A stretch of 64,000 nt of DNA from Bacteriovoracia bacterium (lineage in GTDB: Bacteria; Bdellovibrionota; UBA1018; CAIPTA01). How positions within the stretch are numbered: the first letter of the stretch is position 1; every line of letters begins with the position of its first letter. Of this stretch, positions 57,238 through 64,000 are shown piece by piece. The stretch spans positions 832,001-896,000 of the forward strand of contig JBFWVL010000001.1 of the NCBI GenBank assembly GCA_050246755.1. The letters run 5' to 3'. A model generated the notes under the pieces. The model saw only the letters and a list, made by a program, of their open reading frames with translations, was not told the origin of the DNA and searched no databases. The position numbers were made by a program, and so were the translations under genes.

Positions 57238-57954
57238 GTGGCTTCTAGTTTCGTGATTCTCCAAAATGCCGACTTCGAAGAGCCGGGCTTATTACTCGAG
57301 TGGGCCGAAAAAAGGAAACTTTCCGTTACGGTGATAAAAGCCTTCGCCGGAGAAAGTTTTCCTCCCACCGACGATATCACCCACCTCGCGGTGCTTGGCG
57401 GCCTGGTCAGCGTGAAGGACATGAAAGGCACTCCTTGGATGGAGGCCGAGGCCCAGTACGTAGTCTCCTGCCTCCGGGCGGGGAAGAAAGTGCTCGGGAT
57501 TTGCTTTGGTGCCCAGCTCCTCGCTCATTTACTCGGCGGCACCGTGAAAGCGGGAGCCCATTCCGAAGTGGGATGGCACCAGATGGAAATTGCCAAAGAC
57601 AAAAGCCTCAGCGCACTCAGCCCCCTTGCCGGAAAATCCTTTCCCCTCTTCCAGTGGCACCGCGAGGTGTTTACTTTGCCAAATGGCGCCTCGGCTTTCG
57701 GAAAAAGCTCCGCCACGGCTTTGCAGGGATTCGAATGGAAAGATCACGTGCTAGCGCTATCGGGCCATCCGGAAATGACTTTGCCGCTCGTGAAAAAATT
57801 CATTGCGCGTTGTTGGAGCGAAGATTGGTTCCGCCAGCAGCCAAGCACGAAATTCATCCAGAGTCCCGAGCTCATGCTCGGCGATGCAGACCGCCATCTA
57901 AAGAATAGCAATAAGCTGATCCTCGAGCTCTTTGACCGCTGGTCGCGTCTCTAG
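57238..57954 (+). CDS. class I glutamine amidotransferase
   Basis: LGICFGAQLLA, QWH and HPE motifs. Confidence 0.9.
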   Translation: MASSFVILQNADFEEPGLLLEWAEKRKLSVTVIKAFAGESFPPTDDITHLAVLGGLVSVKDMKGTPWMEAEAQYVVSCLRAGKKVLGICFGAQLLAHLLGGTVKAGAHSEVGWHQMEIAKDKSLSALSPLAGKSFPLFQWHREVFTLPNGASAFGKSSATALQGFEWKDHVLALSGHPEMTLPLVKKFIARCWSEDWFRQQPSTKFIQSPELMLGDADRHLKNSNKLILELFDRWSRL

Positions 57955-58025
57955 TTTCCGGTAAACTGGCGGACCCAGGTGAGGCGGCTTGCCTGCTCAC
58001 TGTGCCTGCTCTATGGTTGGACTCA

Positions 58026-58745
58026 ATGCTAGCCTTCCGCATTCTTTACGAAGACGATTTCCTGATAGTGGTGGATAAGCCCACCGGCTTTCATACCCAT
58101 CCCCCCGAAGATCAAGCCGTCCGGATTGCGCCGAAGTGGAACGGCCTGCGTATTCTCGAACGTCAGTTCCAGATGAAGTTATACCCGGTGCATCGCCTGG
58201 ATCGCGCGAGCTCCGGCGTCTTAGTTCTTTCGAAGAAACGGGAACTTAATGGCCATCTACAATCCCAGTTCGCCGAGCGCACAGTGCATAAGCAATATGC
58301 TTTTCTGGCGAGGGGGGAGATTCGGGGAAGCCGCACTCTAAACGACCCGATCGCCACCGAAGCCGGCGCTATGCAAGAAGCATTTACCGGCGTGGCTCCC
58401 GTGCACACGTTTGCTTTAAGCATTCCCACAAAAACGGGGGAAGAAGCGCGGGCCTTCACGATCGCCTGGGCCTATCCCGAGACGGGGCGCTTTCATCAGA
58501 TCCGCCGGCACCTCGCCCGGGCCGGCCATCCCCTCGTGAACGATTCCCGCCATGGCGATAAAAAACTAAACCGCGCCTTCGCCGAAAAGACCGGTCTTTC
58601 GCGGCTCCTCCTTCGCTGCATGGAAATGAGATTTCGCCACCCCGATTCCGGCGCGGAGATGAAAGTGCGCACCCGCTGGAGCCGCGACTGGCATAAGGTT
58701 TTTGAATTGTCGGGAATATGTCCGTTACCAAGAGAACGAGACTAG
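58026..58745 (+). CDS. truC: RluA-family pseudouridine synthase, TruC-like
   Basis: VHRLDRASSG; TGRFHQIRRHL...HGDKKLNR. Confidence 0.8.
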   Translation: MLAFRILYEDDFLIVVDKPTGFHTHPPEDQAVRIAPKWNGLRILERQFQMKLYPVHRLDRASSGVLVLSKKRELNGHLQSQFAERTVHKQYAFLARGEIRGSRTLNDPIATEAGAMQEAFTGVAPVHTFALSIPTKTGEEARAFTIAWAYPETGRFHQIRRHLARAGHPLVNDSRHGDKKLNRAFAEKTGLSRLLLRCMEMRFRHPDSGAEMKVRTRWSRDWHKVFELSGICPLPRERD

Positions 58746-60067
58746 ATTTTTACTTTTTCCAGGGCGGCCATCACCTTCTTGAAATTGCCCTGATTGAAAA
58801 ACCTCTTCCGGTCTAATATGAAATTCGGTAGCGAAAATTTTTCCTGCTGCGCAAGAATTTCCTGCGTGAGCTCGTGCGAAACGATGAATAGCGCGCTTAG
58901 GGGGGCGATATAATTATGGGCCAGGCCGCGGGGAAAGCCGCCGCCAGTTGGGCGCTCATGATGCTGCAGCACGATCAAATCCACGTCCGGCGGAATTTCC
59001 TGGAAAGAGCGAATCACGTCGGCGGATTTCGCGGGATGCAGGTGGTAACTCTTCACCGCTTCTTCGGGAAATTGGGCCTTGCTTTGCTCCAGCTCCTGGA
59101 GGGAATTGATCTTCGCCAGCTCGGGATGGCTTAGGGAAATATCGTGCATAAACGAAGCGAGCACCAGCTTAGAAAAAGTGGCTTCCGAGCCCCAGTCCAT
59201 TTCTTTGGCCAAGCAGCAGGCCATATGGGAAAGCAGGGTGCTGTGCTGGGATAGATAGTTTCCGCCCTTAGTCACTTTTCCGATCAAGGCCGACAGTTTC
59301 GGCTTATCGCCGATCGCTTTTAGCACCAGCTGAACGTTCTTCTTGGCCAGCGTTTGCACTTCGGGCGTAAATCCCACCCGGTGAACCAGCTCTTGCATCG
59401 CCTCTTGGGCCATCTCGGCCGTCGGCATAGCTTCTTCAGGCTTTAAATCCGTTCTCTTCAGTAGCTCATCTAACTCGTTCGTAAACTTTTGGATGAACTC
59501 GGAGGTCTCCTCCCGACGCAAGTACATATACTCCACGTGCTTTTCTTCGTAGTAGCGAGTGAGATCTTTCTCGTCGAATTCATCCCCGGTCTGAAAGAGC
59601 TTCACGAATTTCTCTCCCGAGAGCCGGATATAAATATCGCTCTTTAGCGGAGATACCCGGATCAAGAGGGAAGTGCGGATCGGGCAGTATTCCATGCCGC
59701 TCTCCGGCGGACTTTTCTCGGATAAAGGCTTTAAGAGCAAAGTGATGCCATCTACTAGCTTTACCAGCTCTACGGCGCCTAAAAGCTGTACTTCCGCTAA
59801 CTTAGACTGGTCCGGCGCTTTTCCCTTAGGGTCGTAAAAAAGAACTAGGGGAGTAGTTAACTTCTGCTCTCGAATATAAGTAAGCAGAGGAGAATCCACG
59901 GACTTGAACTCTCCGATGATGGAGTCTACTTTTTCGCCCTTCGTGAGGGCGGCAACCGCCTCGGTTTCACTGGAACATTCCAAAACGGTGGAAGGGAGGC
60001 GCGAGCTCAGCTGAAAGCTGAGAAGCTCCTTCAAATCCTTATTCTCCGTAACTAGAAGTACCCTCAT
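58742..60067 (-). CDS. HD-GYP-like phosphohydrolase with an N-terminal degenerate receiver domain
   Basis: FMHDIS and HHERPTGGGFPRGL; REC-like N-terminus. Confidence 0.85.
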   Translation of the reverse strand: MRVLLVTENKDLKELLSFQLSSRLPSTVLECSSETEAVAALTKGEKVDSIIGEFKSVDSPLLTYIREQKLTTPLVLFYDPKGKAPDQSKLAEVQLLGAVELVKLVDGITLLLKPLSEKSPPESGMEYCPIRTSLLIRVSPLKSDIYIRLSGEKFVKLFQTGDEFDEKDLTRYYEEKHVEYMYLRREETSEFIQKFTNELDELLKRTDLKPEEAMPTAEMAQEAMQELVHRVGFTPEVQTLAKKNVQLVLKAIGDKPKLSALIGKVTKGGNYLSQHSTLLSHMACCLAKEMDWGSEATFSKLVLASFMHDISLSHPELAKINSLQELEQSKAQFPEEAVKSYHLHPAKSADVIRSFQEIPPDVDLIVLQHHERPTGGGFPRGLAHNYIAPLSALFIVSHELTQEILAQQEKFSLPNFILDRKRFFNQGNFKKVMAALEKVKI

Positions 60068-60320
60068 TTACCCATTCCCTACTCGGCCGGAAGCCAAAAA
60101 TTGTGTCTATACTAAAGTTTACTCCCGGGATTTATAAACTGCCAAGAAAACCAAGCACTTACACGGAAGGTACCGGCCTAAGCGAAAAGGGTCTGAACGA
60201 TTCTTAAAAAGAAACAATCGTTCGTAAGCAATTTCTGTTGCTGGCCGTGTAATTGATGCATAAAGTTGTGCACCGCTGCAGACCCCAGGTGGGTATGACT
60301 GCCGCGCACCGAGGGGCCCC

Positions 60321-62804
60321 ATGAATATCCAAAAATTTGTTTTACTGCTTACGCTTTCCGCCACCGCCGTATTGGCTGGCTGCTCTAAGGAAAAACAAAC
60401 CGCCTACGAGCCACTCGTAGTGGGCATGAAACAGGAATCGGCCGTGGCCACTTCCGTAGTGAAGCCGGAAGCTAGGCTCCAGAGCCTGATGCCCGTGAAT
60501 TATAATTCGGTTATCACCGAGGTCACCCTCCGCCGATCTTCCCTTCTTGGCCGTACTTTCCTTTACGGAACCAGCCTCCAGTTTTCTTCCATCCCTGAAG
60601 AAGACATCAACGTAACCCTCATGGGCATTGCGCTCGGCCAAGTGCCCGCACAATTCCAGGTGATCGATAATTCCTTGCGCTTGATAACCGACGCCCGCCT
60701 GAATTTCGAATCGGACGTGAACCATCCCTCGCGCCTGATCCACGAATTTCCCATCCTTAAGCAGGATGCGGAAACGATCACCATCCGCGCGGAAAAAGCC
60801 TCTCCCATCTTAGGCTCCTTCATCTTCGGCCCTAAGAATGAAGTTCCCGAAATGGCCACCTTCATCCGTTCGCTGGAATATTCCGCCAGTGACGAACTCT
60901 TCCTGATCGAGAGCACCATCGAGCTCCGTAACGGATCTCTAGCGGAATTCATGGAAACCCTAACCCCCCGCGAACGCATCGTTACGGCCGACGTGAAGCC
61001 GATCTATAACGACGAAGACCTCAACGACAACGCCGCTCGCTTCCGTTTCCTCGATTCCGGAAAAGTTTTCATCGATCAGGATGCGAAACGCATTCCCACG
61101 AAAGTAGCTAACCGTTTCTTGCTCAAGAATGGCGAGCCGATCCGCTGGTACGTAACCCGTAACGTGAACACCAAATACCTCGGAGACATCAAAACCTCCG
61201 TGGAAGGATGGAACCGTTATAGCCGCGCGATGGGTAAAGCCGACATCATCCGCTTCGAAGGCCTCCTGCCCGAGGGCGTGAAAGTGGGAGACCCCCGCTA
61301 CAACGTGATCATCTGGGATAATATCCAGGACGCCGGCGCGGCCTACGAGAGCCAGAACGCCGATCCCCTCAGCGGCATACAATCGAACTCCCTGATCTAC
61401 GTTCCTTACGCTTGGATTAATATCGGGAAGCAATACTGGGCCGGAGCCAGCCATTCCGATAAGGAAAGTGCGCGCGCTGCAGCCGCCACGAAGATCCTCA
61501 AGAACCATAAGTTCATGGGCCGCGATCTTCCCGTAAATTGCATCGACAATGCCGAGCTCCACGTTTCCGAAGCCGCCAAGCAGAATCCCGAAGAGTTTGC
61601 CCGCGGCCTCCTCAAGGGCGTGATCTTTCACGAGATCGGGCACTCCCTCGGCTTAGCCCACAATTTCAAAGGTTCCCTTACCTTTGATCCGGACAATAAA
61701 GAGAAGCCGTTCTCCACTTCGATCATGGACTATAACCATTACAACGAAGAAGAGACCGCCTTCTACAATCTCGACACAGCCGATGGGCCTCTGCTCGAGT
61801 ACGACCGCCAGATCATCTCCGTGCTCTACAACGAGGGCAAAGACGTGAAGGCAACCGACGCGAAGCTTCCCGCCTGTAACGACGAAGAAGCCGACTCCTT
61901 CACGGGGGGCGTGGATCCGCTCTGCGCGCGCTACGATATCGGCGCCGATCCTACCAAACAGGCCCTGCGCATCTTGGATGTGATGACGAAGGACGATGCC
62001 CAAAATGGACGCATGCGTTCCCTATCGGCTGCGATCAAAAGCACCGTGGACGAACTGGGCAGTCCGGCCGACGTGAAAACACTGGACGAAGCCAAGACCG
62101 CCATCACCAAGCTGGCGACCGTAGTGAAAGGCACCGTGAATATTTACGTGGGCGGCGGCGCGAATAGCTTCGCCTATATCGGCTCGCAGGCGATGAAATC
62201 GCTCTACGTATTCCGCGACGACGTTCTCCCCGAAGGTTACGACGCCAACGAAATGCGCGAGCGCGCCCTTTCGGTGCTAGAAACCGCGGCCGACAATAAC
62301 TCTCTTTCGCCCGCCGCCAAGCAAGCTCTGGCCCAGGTGAGAGAAGCCGCGGGAGCTTTCCTCCTCCAGACCCAAGCCATCGCCAGCCTGGGCGCCCCGG
62401 AGAAAGAAGCCGCCTTGAATACCCTGCTCTCTACGCTGGATAAATCCTTCGTGGCCACGGAAGCTTCCTTGCTTTCGAAAGCCCGGGTAAGAATCCTCGA
62501 GGCCACTGCTTACCACGCCGAAGCTCCCGTGAGCTTCCTCACTCGTGGCGGCGCAGCGGTGGACGGCGAAGCGGCCGTGATCGGAATCCTCGAGCGCCTG
62601 GCTTCGGCAAAAGCGGGAGCAAACGATCGCCCGGTAGCGGAGCGTCTCTCGGCCATCAAAACCCTGGCCACCTACGCGAAGGCCGGCATCGGCAAAGACG
62701 CGGTTTCCCGCCTGCGTGAGTCCATCAACGTGGAAATCCGCGGCAGCACCGACGCCCGCAAGCGCGCCGACCTACGGAAACTATTGGCCACCCTGCCGTC
62801 GTGA
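60321..62804 (+). CDS. lipoprotein zinc-dependent metalloprotease (metzincin, DUF4953/EcxA-like)
   Basis: Lipobox LAGC; GDPRYN, HEIGHSLGLAHNF and the SIMDY Met-turn. Confidence 0.9.
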   Translation: MNIQKFVLLLTLSATAVLAGCSKEKQTAYEPLVVGMKQESAVATSVVKPEARLQSLMPVNYNSVITEVTLRRSSLLGRTFLYGTSLQFSSIPEEDINVTLMGIALGQVPAQFQVIDNSLRLITDARLNFESDVNHPSRLIHEFPILKQDAETITIRAEKASPILGSFIFGPKNEVPEMATFIRSLEYSASDELFLIESTIELRNGSLAEFMETLTPRERIVTADVKPIYNDEDLNDNAARFRFLDSGKVFIDQDAKRIPTKVANRFLLKNGEPIRWYVTRNVNTKYLGDIKTSVEGWNRYSRAMGKADIIRFEGLLPEGVKVGDPRYNVIIWDNIQDAGAAYESQNADPLSGIQSNSLIYVPYAWINIGKQYWAGASHSDKESARAAAATKILKNHKFMGRDLPVNCIDNAELHVSEAAKQNPEEFARGLLKGVIFHEIGHSLGLAHNFKGSLTFDPDNKEKPFSTSIMDYNHYNEEETAFYNLDTADGPLLEYDRQIISVLYNEGKDVKATDAKLPACNDEEADSFTGGVDPLCARYDIGADPTKQALRILDVMTKDDAQNGRMRSLSAAIKSTVDELGSPADVKTLDEAKTAITKLATVVKGTVNIYVGGGANSFAYIGSQAMKSLYVFRDDVLPEGYDANEMRERALSVLETAADNNSLSPAAKQALAQVREAAGAFLLQTQAIASLGAPEKEAALNTLLSTLDKSFVATEASLLSKARVRILEATAYHAEAPVSFLTRGGAAVDGEAAVIGILERLASAKAGANDRPVAERLSAIKTLATYAKAGIGKDAVSRLRESINVEIRGSTDARKRADLRKLLATLPS

Positions 62805-63469
62805 TCGCTCTTCCGTTCGTAGCCCTTAAATTATTCCTGAAAAGCCCGAGGCTCCTCGCCTTGGGCTTTTTTCCGGGTTTCTTTACGCTATTAGCCTCAT
62901 CGGTGGCCGTTTATTTTCTATGGACGGTCTATCTCATTAGCTATGCCGCGTGGATCAGTTATCCGGTGGCCATTCTCACGTTCGTGCTAGCCTGGCTCGC
63001 CTTCGGAAAAGTTTCTATCTTGCCGGTGGAAGATTTCCTGATCGATGAGTGCCAGCGCCAGAGGTTCGGCTCCGTGATCCTTCCCGGCAGACCTTGGAGC
63101 CTCGTGCGCACTTTGCTGGAGGTTCTTTTTGGGCTGATGCTCGCCTTTTTCGGTTTCTTCGTATTTTTGTTAGGGCTGGTTCCAGTATTTTCGATCCTGG
63201 CCTTGGTTTTCGCCAGCTGGCTCACTGCCTACAGTTTTCTCACCCCGGTATACCAGCGGAAATCTCCTAAGATAAGCGGGCGCCTGGCGCTTTTTTTTCA
63301 GGATGCCGCGGCGAATTTCTTTCTCGGACTGCTTTTGAATTTTCTGCTCTTCGTGCCGGCGCTCAACGTGCTGCTATTGGGTTATGCGCAGATCCTCGCC
63401 ACGCTCGTGGCCTTACGTAAGTTCCCAACGGCTAACAACCCACTGCTTTCTAGTACATATCGTAGGTAA
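62801..63469 (+). CDS. EI24/CysZ-like membrane protein
   Basis: Multiple TMs; GTGA overlap with the protease; PALNVLLL pattern. Confidence 0.6.
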   Translation: MIALPFVALKLFLKSPRLLALGFFPGFFTLLASSVAVYFLWTVYLISYAAWISYPVAILTFVLAWLAFGKVSILPVEDFLIDECQRQRFGSVILPGRPWSLVRTLLEVLFGLMLAFFGFFVFLLGLVPVFSILALVFASWLTAYSFLTPVYQRKSPKISGRLALFFQDAAANFFLGLLLNFLLFVPALNVLLLGYAQILATLVALRKFPTANNPLLSSTYRR

Positions 63470-64000
63470 GCAAGCGGCATTCGATCGGCCCATTCCAAAG
63501 AGGAATCCGGCGAGTGGCGCGCAGCCCGATCACCTTCGCAAGCTCGGAGCTGCCGGTGAACACGGCCGCCCTCCAGCCGGGACACTTCTTCTTAAAAGTA
63601 TCTCCAAACTCTTTGTAGAGGGGCTTTAGGCTTTCCACGTCGTCGAGGCGTTCGCCGTAGGGAGGATTCATCACGATGAGCCCGGGCTTGAGGCCGGCAG
63701 GAATCTCAAAATCCTGAAAACTACGTAAGGCCACTTCCACCGTCTCGGCGAAGCCTAAGGTTTTCATTGCCGATTTCGACTGAGCCACCGCCTCGCGGTC
63801 TTGGTCAAATCCAAAGATCTGCCCGGCAACGGGATCTTTCGTGGCGTTCTCGGCATCGCCTAGGATTTTTTCCCAGCGGGGCTCGTGAAAATCGGGCCAG
63901 TTCATAAAAAGGAAACGCTCGCGCAAAAGCCCTGGCGCAATATTGCAAGCCTTCAGCATTCCTTCCGCAAGGAAAGTCCCGGAGCCGCACATAGGATCGA
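63450..64000 (-). CDS. rlmL: RlmL/YpsC-type (THUMP) RNA methyltransferase; 5' part lies beyond the window
   Basis: DPMCGSGT, NPPYGERL and LWNGPIEC motifs. Confidence 0.88.
   Translation of the reverse strand, partial: DPMCGSGTFLAEGMLKACNIAPGLLRERFLFMNWPDFHEPRWEKILGDAENATKDPVAGQIFGFDQDREAVAQSKSAMKTLGFAETVEVALRSFQDFEIPAGLKPGLIVMNPPYGERLDDVESLKPLYKEFGDTFKKKCPGWRAAVFTGSSELAKVIGLRATRRIPLWNGPIECRLLTYDMY

Noticed and set aside
60242-60258. TGGCCGTGTAATTGAT upstream of the metalloprotease as a sigma54 promoter
   Set aside because: The -12 element reads GA rather than GC, so support is insufficient.

Overview
Chromosomal window from a bacterium of moderately high GC content. The gene style (many small secreted hypothetical proteins, sigma54 activators, an XRE with 'LGYSSAQFISN', REC/HD-GYP) suggests Bdellovibrionota; this is inference, not a database result. 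Housekeeping genes include accA-yicC-gmk-rel, a plant/Chlamydia-type fabI, RlmD-family, truC and rlmL RNA-modification genes, lemA-TPM-TPM, cheX/cheY-like genes, fliL and three tRNAs (Leu-CAA, Leu-CAG, Arg-CCG). The best candidate for an undescribed system is a four-gene cassette at 229-3160: an XRE regulator, a membrane desaturase, an orphan GNAT/LuxI-like acyltransferase and a stand-alone PAS-like protein, laid out like a lipid-signal synthase/receptor circuit. Also notable: (i) a sigma54/NtrC-Hpt general-stress-like island with three readable -24/-12 promoters (36.3-42.7 kb and 50.1-52.8 kb); (ii) a decayed integrative element at tRNA-Arg with an 18-bp att duplication and an integrase stub (52961-56187); (iii) Fur-like boxes before a Tat-exported flavoprotein operon; (iv) an unannotated 40-aa secreted peptide divergent from a CPBP/Abi protease; (v) an AT-rich mosaic patch spanning two secreted-protein genes; (vi) small Cys-repeat secreted proteins. 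I saw no CRISPR array, rRNA or intact transposase. All calls are by-eye motif recognition; no searches were run.
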